Below, one piece after another: positions 25,595-37,742 of a DNA stretch of 64,000 bases. Below the pieces are notes generated by a model that was not told the origin of the DNA, made no database searches, and was given only the letters and a program-made list of their open reading frames with translations. Source of the DNA: Octopus sinensis (taxonomy: Eukaryota); assembly GCF_006345805.1 (NCBI RefSeq), contig NC_043016.1, forward strand, positions 17,050,001 to 17,114,000, read 5' to 3'. Within the stretch, counting starts at the first letter, position 1. Every line of letters begins with the position of its first letter. Made by a program: the position numbers and the translations under genes.

Positions 25595-25905
25595 ATATAT
25601 ACTCTTTTACTCTTTTACTTGTTTCAGTCATTTGACTGCGGCCATGCTGGAGCACCGCCTTTAGTCGAGCAAATCGACCTCGGGGCTTATTCTTTGTAAG
25701 CCCAGTACTGATTCTATCGGTCTCTTTTTGCCGAACCGCTAAGTGACGGGGACCGTAAACACACCAGCATCGGTTGTCAAGCAATGCTAGCGGGACAAAC
25801 ACACACACAACACACACACACACACATATATATATACATATATACATATATACGACAGGCTTCTTTCAGTTTCCGTCTGCCAAATCAACTCACAAGGCTT
25901 TATAT
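25595..25905 (-). mobile_element. SINE S1, head-truncated
   Basis: ttactcttttacttgtttcagtc...cacaaggctt. Confidence 0.85.
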
Positions 25906-25910
25906 ATATA

Positions 25911-26284
25911 CTAGCAGTATCGCCCGGCGTTGCTCAGGTTGTAAGGGAAATAACTATAAAGCATTTTTAGAGAGGTTATAGCCAAAAAATAGCAAAAAAA
26001 TGGAAAAAAATGATGTGTAAATTTTTTTTAGTTAAAAAAGGTGGAGTTGCGTCCCCTAGACAGTTTGCGGTTGTGTTTCTGATCTCGACCCATGTCGAAT
26101 TTATCGATTTTTTTCAGAACTGGGGAACTTTTCAAAATTTTCGCTGCGTTAGTTTTGAATTAGACATTGGGGCTATGTGTGTGTCAAGTTTCATCAGAAT
26201 CGGTTGCAAGCCGTGGTCAGGGTGAGGGTACAAGCAAACAGACACACAGAAACACGCACAGACAAACTGCCGTTTATATATAGA
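25911..26284 (-). mobile_element. Non-autonomous Helitron (374 bp)
   Basis: Minus strand begins A|TCtatatataaac and ends ...cctgagcaacgccgggcgatactgCTAG|T, i.e. a hairpin plus CTAG, inserted in an AT dinucleotide. Confidence 0.8.
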
Positions 26285-26299
26285 TGAGATATATATGTA

Positions 26300-26491
26300 T
26301 ACTCTTTTACTCTTTTACTTGTTTCAGTCATTTGAGTGTGGCCATGCTGGAGCACCGCCTTTAGTCAAGCAAATCGACCCCAGTACTTATTCTATCGGTC
26401 TCTTTGCCGAACCGCTAAGTGACAGGAACGTAAACACACCAGCATCGTTTGTCAAGCAATGCTAGGGGGACAAACACAGACACACAAACAT

Positions 26492-26528
<37 letters not shown>

Positions 26529-26680
26529 CGACGGGCTTCTTTCAGTTTCCGTCTACCAAATCCACTCACAAGGCATTGGTCGGCCCGGGGCTATAGCAGA
26601 AGACACTTGCCCAAGGTGCCACGCAGTGGGACTTAACCCGGAACCATGTGGTTGGTCAGCAAGCTACCTACCACACAGCA
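26300..26680 (-). mobile_element. Near full-length SINE S1
   Basis: 3' half + (CA)/(TA) + head. Confidence 0.85.
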
Positions 26681-26779
26681 TAACAAGATAACAAAAGAAA
26701 GAAAGAGACCTCAAATTAATGTTACAATTACTCAATAGTCAAGATTCATAGCGTTTTTTTCGGATGGCCACAGTGTGTA

Positions 26780-27605
26780 TGCAGCATTAACACACACATA
26801 CATGTGTGTATGCAACATTCACACGCACACACACCACACACACGTGTACGCAACCTTCACACACACACATACACACACACACACGTGTGTATGCAACCTT
26901 CAAACATACACACACCACACACACGTGTAAGCAACATTCACACAGGCAAACACACCACACACACGTGTGTATGCAACCTTCACACACACACACACACCAC
27001 ACACACGTGTGTATGCAACCTTCACACATACACACACACATACACGTGTGTATGCAGCATTCACACACGCACACACACCACACACACGTGTGTATGCAAC
27101 CTTCAAACATACACACACCACACACACGTGTAAGCAACATTCACACACACACACACCACACACACGTGTGTATGCAACCTTCACACATACACACACACAC
27201 ACACACATACATGTGTGTATGCAACCTTCAAGCATACACACACCACGCACACGTGTACGCAAACTTCATACGCACACAGTGTGTACGCAGCTTTCACATA
27301 CACACACATGTGTACGCAACCTTCACACATATACATACACACACCACAAACACACACACACCGCACGCACCACACACACACACACATACGTGTACGCATC
27401 CTTCACACACACATAAGCACACACACACCACATACACGTGTACGCAACCTTCACAAACACACACACACCGCACACACACACACGTGTACACAACATTCAC
27501 ACACACACACCACACACACACACGTGTACGCAACATTCACACACACACACACATGCTCACACCAGTTTATATATCTACACCCCTCCCTCCGCACACACAC
27601 ATACA

Positions 27606-27639
<34 letters not shown>

Positions 27640-28810
27640 AACACACACACGTGTACGCAACCTTCACAAACACACACACAACAAACACACACACACACAC
27701 ACGTGTACGCCACCTTCACACACACACACCACACACACGTGTGCGCAACATTCACAACACACACACACACACACCAGTTTATATACCTACACCCCTCCCT
27801 CCGCACACACCACACACCGCACACACACACGTGTACGCAACCTTCACAAACACACACACCACAAACACACACATACCGCACACACGTTTGTACGCAACCT
27901 TCACACACACACCACACACCACACACACACACGTGTACGCCACCTTCACACACAGACACACACACCACACACACATGTGTACGCCACCTTCACACATACA
28001 CACACACACACCACAAACACACACACACCGCACACACACACACACCGCACACACACACATACACCACACACACATATGTATGCAACCTTCACACACACCA
28101 CACACACGTGTGTACGCAATCTTCACACACACACACATGTGTACACAACCTTCACACATACACACACCACACACACACGTGTACGTAACCTTCGCACACA
28201 CACACACCAGTTTATATACCTACACCCCTCCCTCCGCACCCACACAAACACATACACACACCGCACACACACACACGTGTGTACGCAACCTTCACACATA
28301 CAAACACACACCGCACACACACACGTGTACGCCACCTTCACACATACACACACACACCGCACACACACACACACACACCAGTTTCTATACCTACACCCCT
28401 TCCTCCGCACACACACACACACCACAAACACACACACACACCATACACACACACACGCACACACACACCGCACACACACCAGTTTATATACCTACACCCC
28501 TCCCTCCGCACACACCACACACCGCACACACACACACGTGTACGCAACATTCACACACACACACACACTCACACCAGTTTATATACCTACACCCCTCCCT
28601 CCTCACAAACACACACACACACACCACACAAACACACACACATAACACACACCACGTGTACACAACATTCACACACACCACACACACATACCACACACAC
28701 ACACACACCGCACACACACACACACGTATACACACACACGTGTACACAACCTTCACACACACAAACACACACACACACACGCACACGGCCGAACGCACAT
28801 CCACACATCC
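26780..28810. repeat. (CA)n-rich complex minisatellite (~2 kb)
   Basis: Recurring cacacacgtgta(c/t)gcaaccttcac and accagtttatatacctacacccctccctccg motifs embedded in (CA)n. Confidence 0.95.
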
Positions 28811-29069
28811 ACAAGCCACACTGCCGTTCACAAACACGTAACTATGCGCAGGCGAAAGGATGTTGTTCCCATGACAACAGCTAATCTCCTTAATTAGATG
28901 GGAAACGTGTGAGCAGATGAGTCATCGCCTGTGATGAGGATATTTAGAAAGTTATTATCACCATGGTGATGGTGATGGTGGGAGAGATGTTGACAGATGC
29001 CTGCTTCTCCTATCAATAAAATCCCACAGTGTGACCTGCCGAAAACTAAGGTCACGCCAGGTCACTTCG

Positions 29070-30066
29070 TAGGAGTGGCTGTGTGGTAAGTAGCTTGTTT
29101 ACCAACCACATGGTTCCGGGTTCAGTCCCACTGCGTGGCAACTTGGGCAAGTGTCTTCTGCTATAGCCCTGGGCCGACCAAAGCCTTGTGAGTGGATTTG
29201 GTAGACGGAAACCGAAAGAAGCCCGTCGTATACATGTGTATAGGTGTAGGAGTGGCTGTGTGGTAGGTAGCTTGTTTACCAACCACATGGTTCTGGTTCA
29301 GTCCCACTGCGTGGAATCTTGGGCAAGTGTCTTCTGCTATAGCCTCGGGCCGACCAAAGCCTTCTGAGTGGATTTGGTAGACGGAAACTGAAAGAAGCCC
29401 GTCGTATATATGTATATATATATGTATATATGTATATAGGCGCAGGAGTGACTGTGTGGTAAGTAGCTTGTTTACCAACCACATGGTTCCGGGTTCAGTC
29501 CCACTGCGTGGCAACTTGGGAAAGTGTCTTCTGCTATAGCCTCGGGCCGACCAAAGCCTTGTGAGTGGATTTGGTAGACGGAAACCGAAAGAAGCCCGTC
29601 GTATACATGTATATAGGTGTAGGAGTGGCTGTGTGGTAGGTAGCTTGTTTACGAACCACATGAATCCGGGTCCAGTCCCACTGCGTGGCATCTTGGGCAA
29701 GTGTCTTCTGCTATAGCCTCGGGCCGACCAAAGCCTTGTGAGTGGATTTGGTAGATGGAAACTGAAAGAAGACCATCGTATATATATGTACAGGCGTAGG
29801 AGTGGCTGTGTGGTAAGTAGCTTGCTTACCAACCACATGGTTCCGGGTTCAATCCCACTGCGTGGCACCTTGGGCAAGTGTCTTCTCCTATAGCCTCGGG
29901 CCGACCAAAGCCTTCTGAGTGGATTTGGTAGACGGAAACTGAAAGAAGCCCGTCGTATATAAGTATATATATATGGCTGTGTGGTAAGTAGCTTGTTTAC
30001 CAACCACATGGTTCCGGGTTCAGTCCCACTGCGTGGCACCTTGGGCAACTGTCTTCTACTATAGCC
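29070..30066 (+). mobile_element. Tandem array of ~6 SINE S1 head modules
   Basis: ggagtggctgtgtgg...gaaagaagcccgtcgtata repeated. Confidence 0.9.
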
Positions 30067-30775
30067 TTTCAGTTTTCGCCTACCAAATCCACTCACAAGG
30101 CTTTGGTCGGCCCGGGGCTATAGCAGAAGACACTTGCCCAAGATGCCACGCAGTGGGACTGAACCGGAAACATGTGATTGGTTAGCAAGCTACTTACCAC
30201 ACAGCCACTCCTACACCTATATATATATATATATATACATATATACGACAGTCTTCTTTCAGTTTCCGTCTACCAAATCCACTCAAAAGCATTGGTCAGC
30301 CCGGGGCTATAGCAGAAGACACTTGCCCAAGATGCCACGCAGTGGGACTGAACCCGGAACCATGTGGTTGGTTAGCAAGCTACTTACCACACAGCCACTC
30401 CTACACCTATATATATATACATATACATATATACGACAGGCTTCTTTCAGTTTCCGTCTACCAAATCCACTCACAAGGCTTGGTCGGCCCGGGGCTATAG
30501 CAGAAGACACTTGCCCAAGATGCCACGCAGTGGGACTGAACCCGGAACCATGTGGTTGGTTAGCAAGCTTCTTAACACACAGCCACTCCTATGCCTATAT
30601 ATATATATATATATATACGATGGGCTTCTTTCAGTTTCCGTCTACCAAATCCACTCACAAGGCATTGGTCGGCCCGGGGCTATAGCAGAAGACACTTGCC
30701 CAAGATGCCACGCAGTGGGACTGAACCCGGAACCATGTGGTTGGTTAGCAAGCTACTTACCACACAGCCACTACT
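30067..30775 (-). mobile_element. Tandem array of 4 SINE S1 head modules, inverted relative to 29070-30066
   Basis: tttcagtttccgtctaccaaatcc...ccacacagccact repeated; orientation flips at 30066/30067. Confidence 0.9.
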
Positions 30776-31044
30776 GCGCGTATTCTCTTCAGATATATTT
30801 AAAAAAAAGCAAAACAATACAGTTTTGTTTGAAAGAATTAAAAAGAAAAGGGGCACAAAAGGGCAACAATTAAAAAAAAGCTAGATGAAGCGACCGTATC
30901 TGTCAGAAGCGTAAATGTCAAGTCGACTGTGAACATAAAAGAATATTTGACAATGAAAAAACTCGACGAGGACGGCGAGGATGGCGGTTATGGCATTAAT
31001 AACAGTGATGGGTGGCGCAATGGCGTAGTGGCGCAGTGGCCTAC

Positions 31045-31152
31045 TCGTCTAGCCAGCGGTGGTTGGGGTGGCGTCATTCGAAGGATTAAACAATGCGAAG
31101 GGCATTGTGACCAGCGATGTGTGTAACAGCATCTGATAGCCTGGTCGATCAC

Positions 31153-31204
<52 letters not shown>

Positions 31205-31790
31205 TATATATATCTTGAGGCGCAATGGCCCAGTGGTTAGGGCAGCGGACTCGCGGTCGGGAGGATCGCGGTTTCGATTCCCAGACCGGCATTGTGAGTG
31301 TTTATTGAGCGAAAAACACCTCTAAAAGCTCCACGAGGCTCCGGCACGGGGTGGGTGGCGATCCCTGCTGTACTCTTTCGCCCGAACTTTCAAAGGGCAT
31401 TGTGACCAGCGATTTGTGTAACAACATCTGATGGCTGGTTCCGTCACGGTGATCACGGTGATATAATATATATATATATGTATATATATGTATATGTATA
31501 TATCTTGAGGCGCAATGGTCCAGTGGTTAGGGCAGCGGACTCGCGGTTATAGGATCGCGGTTTCGATTCCCAAGACCGGGCATTGTGAGTGTTTATTGAG
31601 TGAAAACACCTAAAGCTCCACGAGGCTCCGGCAGGGGGTGCTGGCGATCCCTGCTGTACTCTTTCACCACAACTTTCCCTCACTCTTTCTTCTGTTGGCC
31701 TGCTCGCTTAGCCAGCGGGGTGGCGTCATTTGAAGGCTAAAACAATGCGAAGTGCATTGTGACCAGCGATGGTCGGTCACGGTGATATAT
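31045..31790 (+). mobile_element. SINE S2 (tail type b): tail fragment, truncated copy and full copy
   Basis: Heads gaggcgcaatgg(c/t)ccagtggttagggcagcggactcgcgg at ~31217 and ~31507; tail ...gcattgtgaccagcgat...cacggtga. Confidence 0.85.
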
Positions 31791-31794
31791 ATAT

Positions 31795-32339
31795 ATATGC
31801 CTTGTGAGTGGATTAGGTAGAAGCCTGTCGTATATATATTATATATATATATATACGACAGGCTTCTACCAAATCCACTCACAAGGCATTGGTCGACCCG
31901 GGGCTACAGCAGAAGACACTTGCCCAAGATGCCACGCAGTGGGACCGAACCTGGAACCATGGGGTTGGTTAGCAAGCTACTTACCACACAGCCACTCCTG
32001 TGCCTATATACATATATACGACGGGCTTCCTTCAGTTTCCGTCTACCAAATCCACTCACAAGGCATTGGTCGACCCGGGGCTACAGCAGAAGACACTTGC
32101 CCAAGATGCCACGCAGTGGGACCGAACCTGGAACCATGGGGTTGGTTAGCAAGCTACTTACCACACAGCCACTCCTGCACCTATATACATATATACGACG
32201 GGCTTCTTTCAGTTTCCGTCGGCCCGAGGCTATAGTAGAAGACACCCACCCAAGATGTCACGCAGTGAGACCGAACCTGGAACCATGTGGTTGTAAGCAA
32301 GCTACTTACCACACAGCCACTCCTACGCCTATATATATA

Positions 32340-32384
<45 letters not shown>

Positions 32385-32423
32385 GTATATATAAACACAC
32401 ACATATATATAATATATAATTAT

Positions 32424-32470
<47 letters not shown>

Positions 32471-32980
32471 GACAGGCTTCTTTCAGTTTCCGTCTACCAA
32501 ATCCACTCATAGGCTTGGTCGGCCCGGGGCTATAGTAGAAGACACTCACAAGGCTTTATATATATATATATATATATATATACTCTTTTACTCTTTTACT
32601 TGTTTCAGTCATTTGACTGCGGCCATGCTGGAGCACCGCCTGTAGTCGAGCAAATCGATGGTGGGACTTATTCTTTTTAAGCCCAGTACTTATTCTATCA
32701 GTCTCTTTTGCCGAACCGCTAAGTGACGTGGACGTAAACACACGAGTATCGGTTGTCAAGCAATGCTAGGGGGACAAACACACACACACACATACATATA
32801 TATATTTATACATATATACGACAGGCTTCTTTCAGTTTCCGTCTACGAAATCCACCCACAAGGCTTTGGTCGGCCCGTGGCTATAGCAGAAGACACTTGC
32901 CCAAGATGCCACGCAATGGGACTGAACCCGGAACCATGTGGTTGGTAAACAAGCTACTTACCACACAGCCACTCCTACAC
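31795..32980 (-). mobile_element. SINE S1 cluster with (TA)n
   Basis: Several head modules and one near full-length copy (32580-32980). Confidence 0.85.
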
Positions 32981-32983
32981 CTA

Positions 32984-33745
32984 TGACCTTTGACCATCGA
33001 CTATTCAAATGGTTTTAGAAAGTTCAAAGGTCACGCTGGACTTTCTAAGCTTTCAATTCTTCATGACCTTTGACCTGAGACTATTTAAATGGTTTTAGAA
33101 AGTTCAAAGGTCAGGCTTGACTCTGTAAGGTTTTAATTCCTGAATGACCTTTGGCCTCAAAACTGCAGTCCGTGAGAATCACTTAGGTTTACGAGAGAGG
33201 GATGACCTCCCTTTGCATATACCTTAATGGCATAGAAAGTGTGCCTAAAGCCGGCTGGAGAAGATGATCTCCTGGGGCTAAAAAGATACAGTATCACCCA
33301 CCCTTTGTGGTTAGCCATATTGAGATGGCTATTATACTTTACATTATCGAGCGATTACTGTTTACACCTCGTTCTGAGATTTAATAATGCTTGCAGACAG
33401 TTTTTCGAAACCAGTGACGGAAGTTACTGGAAAAACGATATAAAGATTTGCATTGGGACCCCCTTCATCGGCAATCGGTGATTGCCGTACGCCGAAGACA
33501 GGCAAATACCTAGAAACTGCCTTCCGTGCGTATCACTTAGGTTGACGAGAGAGGGATGACCTTCCTTTGCGAATACCTTAAGGGCACAGATAGTGTGTCT
33601 AAAGCCAGCTGGAGTCGATGATCTCCTGGGGCTAAAAGGCTACAGGAACACCCATCCTTAGTGGTTAGCCATATTGAAATGGCTATTATACTTTACATTG
33701 TCGAGAGGTTACTGTTTACATCTCGTTCTGAGATTTAATAATGGT
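32984..33745. repeat. 80-bp tandem units followed by ~350-bp Helitron-associated tandem units
   Basis: tgacctttgacc...ttcaaaggtca three times, then two copies of cacttagg...gagagagggatgacc...ggttagccatattga...cgttctgagatttaataat, related to 43510-44075 and to 37820-37890. Confidence 0.75.
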
Positions 33746-33769
33746 ATTATTTTATTGTTTAATTGGGAC

Positions 33770-33895
33770 TTTATTTTACTGACCCCGAAAGGGTGAAAAG
33801 CTGAGTTTGACCTCGGCGGGATTTGAACTCACAAATAGCGATAGCAAAATACCACAAAGCATGTTTTTCCGACGCTCTAACGATTCTGCTTAAGA
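33770..33895 (-). mobile_element. S3-related SINE head fragment
   Basis: Minus strand agcagaatcgttagagcg...tgagttcaaatcccgccgaggtc...ttcaccctttcggggtc. Confidence 0.65.
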
Positions 33896-33899
33896 TGAC

Positions 33900-34367
33900 T
33901 GCTGCGAGCCGCGATACCAGTGCCGGTGACACGTAAGCGTACCATCCGATAGTGACCGTTGCCAGCGCCGTCCTGACTGGCTTCCGTGCCGGTGGCACGT
34001 AAAAAGCACTATCCGATCGTGGCCGTTGCCGCCTAGACTGGTCCCCGTGCTGGTGGGACGTAAAAAGCACCATCCGATACTGGCCGTTGCCAGCGCCGCC
34101 CCAACTGGCCCTCGTGCCGGTGGCACGTAAAAAGCACCATCCATCCGTGGCCGTTTACCAACCCCATCTGGCACCTGTGCGGGTGGCACGTAAAAAGCAC
34201 CCACTACACTCACGGAGTGGTTGGCGTTAGGAAGGGCATCCAGCCGTAGAAACACTGCCAGATGAGACTGGGTCTGGTGCAGCCTTCTGGTTTCCCAGAC
34301 CCCAGTTGAACCGTCCAGCCCATGCTAGCATGGAAAGCGGACGCTAAACGATGATATGATGATATAT

Positions 34368-34403
<36 letters not shown>

Positions 34404-34645
34404 TATATATAGTATATATATATATATATACTAATATATATATATATATACATATATATGTAGCATCCACGACCTCCACGGAGTGGTTGGCGTTAGGAAG
34501 GGCATCCAGCTGTGAAACATGCCAGATCAGACTGGGTCTGGTGCAGCCTCTGGCTGCCCAGACCCCAGTTGAACCGTCCAGCCCATGCTAGCATGGAAAG
34601 CGGAGACGCTAAACGATGAGATGATGATGAATATATAAATAATTA

Positions 34646-34718
<73 letters not shown>

Positions 34719-34905
34719 TATATAATATGTAGCATCCACTACACTCACGGAGTGGTTGGCGTTAGGAAGGGCATCCAGCCGTAGAAACACTGCCAGATCA
34801 GACTGGGTCTGGTGCAGCCTTCTGGTTTCCCAGACCCCAGTTGAACCGTCCAACCCATGCTAGCACGGAGAACGGACGCTAAATGATGATGATGACGATG
34901 ATGAA
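33900..34905 (+). mobile_element. RTE-tailed element: repeated ggtggcacgtaaaaagcacc modules, then three tandem tails separated by (TA)n
   Basis: Modules at ~33990-34205; tails at ~34205, ~34475 and ~34740, each ending aaa(c/t)gatga. Confidence 0.75.
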
Positions 34906-35472
34906 GGGGAGAAGTGGGTGGAAGTATATATGGCAGGGGATGATAGTTATTCGTATGCTAGCCACAAAGACGCTCTGATGAGTGATAACGCAAATATATG
35001 CCGAAGCACGAACGCACACAGATCTATGTTTGTTTATATACAAAGTAAAATATAAACGTTATTTTAACAATGAATCATCGAAAAGTATTGATAATAGTAA
35101 GCGAATATGAACGGCAATTAACGAGATATTAAAATTAATCCTTTATAAAACGCATATGAAAAACATGAGGGCCTTGTTTGAATAATTACAAATGAAATGT
35201 TTAAATGCGAAACATAAATATATAATAAACCATTCTATATTCATTCTACGCAAGTGTGATTATAGACAATGATTGCTTGACATTTTCGAATTATATCAGT
35301 CGAATGATATTTATAAATTGGCCAGTTATACGCAGATTATGGGTTTCTGCCCGTCACTGCAAACCTATTAAACATTCGACAGTAAACAGAACTCCTATGG
35401 TGAACCGAGACCTAATTTCTGAATGATGAAGTAAAAATGGTAAGGTTACGACGTGGTCAAATACAAAATTAA

Positions 35473-36819
35473 TCTATATATATAAAAATGAGAACGTGTG
35501 TTTGTCTGTCTGTCAGTGTGTTGCCCTAAAACTTGAGAACTACACAACCAATTTCATTCAAATTTTACACATGCCTTACTTAGGATCCGGGGAGTGTCAT
35601 CGGCAAAAAATATTTTAACTATTTCCTAGGGCGAGCCCACAGCAATATCATATCTTCTCCACGGACGATTCCCTAAAACTTGAGAAACTAAAACCAATTC
35701 ATTCAAATTTTACACATACCTTATAGGGTCGGGGGAGTGTCATCGGCAAAAAAATGTTCAACTTCTTGCCTAGGGCGAGCCCATAGCAATATCATATCTT
35801 CTCCACGACGATTCCCTAAAACTTGAGAACTACACAACCAATTTGATATATCTTCTCCACTACGATTCCCTAAAACTTGAGAACTACACAACCAATTTCA
35901 TTAAAATTTTACACATGCCTTACTTAGGGTCCGGGAAGTGTCATCGGCAAAAATTAACTTTTTGCCTAGGGCGAGCCCACAGCAATATCATATCTTCTCC
36001 ACTACGATTCCCTAAAACTTGAGAACTACAAAACCAATTTCATTTAAAATTTTACACTTGCCTTACTTAGGGTCCATGTAGTTTCACGGGCAAAAAAAAA
36101 TGTTCAACTTCTTGCCTAGAGCGAGCCCATAGAAATATTATATCTTCTCCACTACGATTCCCTAAAACTTGAGAACTACAAAACCAATTCCATTCAAACT
36201 TTACACATGCCTTACTTAGGGTTCGGGGAGTGTCATCGGCAAAAAAAATGTTCAACTTCTTGCCTAGAGCGAGCCCATAGCAATATCATATCTTCTCCAC
36301 TATTTCAGTATTACGTGTTAAAAGTGAAACAAAAATATTTCTCTATTTTATGTCAGATGCTTTCACTTTAACAATAAAAATAAAAATAACAATTGAATTA
36401 TATGTAGTAAGTAATAATTAAAATCAAACTAAAGTATAATATAATCGTAACATACAAAGTAAAAATAGCAATTGGTATAAAATTGCATCAATGATTTGAA
36501 CTTGAATAAGTGGTTCACATGAATGGGATAAATAAAAATAAAATTAGCGTGCAGAAATGGAATAGTCCAGATGGATAATAAAAAATTAAATTAAAGAAAA
36601 GACTATTGTCTATAAAGTATACAATGTAGAGCTAACAATTCCAGTCTGTTATATATTTTGAGTATTGTTATCACTAGCGATACCAAGATATAACTTTGTA
36701 TTTTGCATTTTATGTGTAGATGTATATATATAGAGGTACATGTAATATGTACACATATATATATACACATATATACATGCACTAGCACTATGACCCGGTA
36801 AAGACGGGTCATAATGCTA

Positions 36820-36820
<1 letters not shown>
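35473..36820 (+). mobile_element. Non-autonomous Helitron family B (~1.35 kb) with internal tandem repeats
   Basis: A|TCtatatatataaaaatg at the 5' end; 3' hairpin tatgacccg-gtaaaga-cgggtcata + atgCTAG|T; internal repeats ccctaaaacttgagaactac...ggggagtgtcatcggc. Confidence 0.8.
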
Positions 36821-36857
<37 letters not shown>

Positions 36858-36864
36858 CGCCAAG

Positions 36865-36950
36865 ATAAATATTGAAACCACCTGATGAATGACTGTAACT
36901 TGAAAATTTAAAGAAATTAACAGCCATGAAACTATCGTAGTGATATGTTA
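36865..36950 (+). ncRNA. Candidate type-I hammerhead ribozyme (GUA site)
   Basis: cac-CTGATGA(36882-88)-stem II (atg.ctgt/acag.cat)-GAAA(36928-31)-C-tatc-GTA(36937-39)-gtg. Proximal stem I has only 3 bp; the 10.1-11.1 pair is A-U. Confidence 0.55.
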
Positions 36951-37156
36951 ATTATATTTTTTAAATAATTTTGTTATATATTTAAATAATATAAATGAAA
37001 TAATCTTATGTATTGGCTTAAGTTTTTCATTGTATGATTTGCCTAATAGTGGTTTTGTCTCTAATTTAATATAATATAATATTTTACTATAAAATTGGAT
37101 TCAATCCTAAATCTGATTTTTCCCTGTAAGATTGGATTTATTCCCTAATATTTTAT

Positions 37157-37188
<32 letters not shown>

Positions 37189-37742
37189 AATTAAAAATAA
37201 AATTAGCGTGCAGAAATGGAATAGTCCAGATGGATAATAAAGAATTAAATTAAAGAAAAGACTATTGTCTATAAGGTATACAATGTAGGGAGAAAAAAAG
37301 ATTTGAACACATGGAGGAAAGCACCGTCGAAAAGTGTCTTGGTGCGACTATGAAAGATATCTAACCAGAGGCGGTAAATTCGCCACAATAGAAGCAAGGT
37401 TCGAGTCAACGGAGCGTGTAAGGGAGTACTCGACTCGAACCTTGCAAAGTGGAAATATTTTATTTTTTCCTTTATATCTGGGATAGAAGTAGAGGTAGGC
37501 TGGATTGTAGCCCCACTTCTATACAAGAGGGAGGACAAGATACAATTGATCGAAATTACAAGAGACGGGGCTACAATTCCAGTCTGTTATATATTTTGAA
37601 TATTGTTATCACTAGCGATATCAAGATATCAAGAGGAAATGGTGTTTTCACGCAGGGAAAGGAATATTTAGGAAAATGTGTTGCTGAAAATGCACTTAAA
37701 TTTCAAAAATTCGTAAATGTTTGAAATACATTTCTTTACATA

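Noticed and set aside
26804-28884. Long His/Thr-rich ORFs (up to 476 aa)
   Set aside because: Translations of (CA)n, which lacks stop codons.
34974-35030. CTGATGA followed by ...ccGAAG
   Set aside because: No GAAA core, no convincing stem I or III; not a hammerhead.
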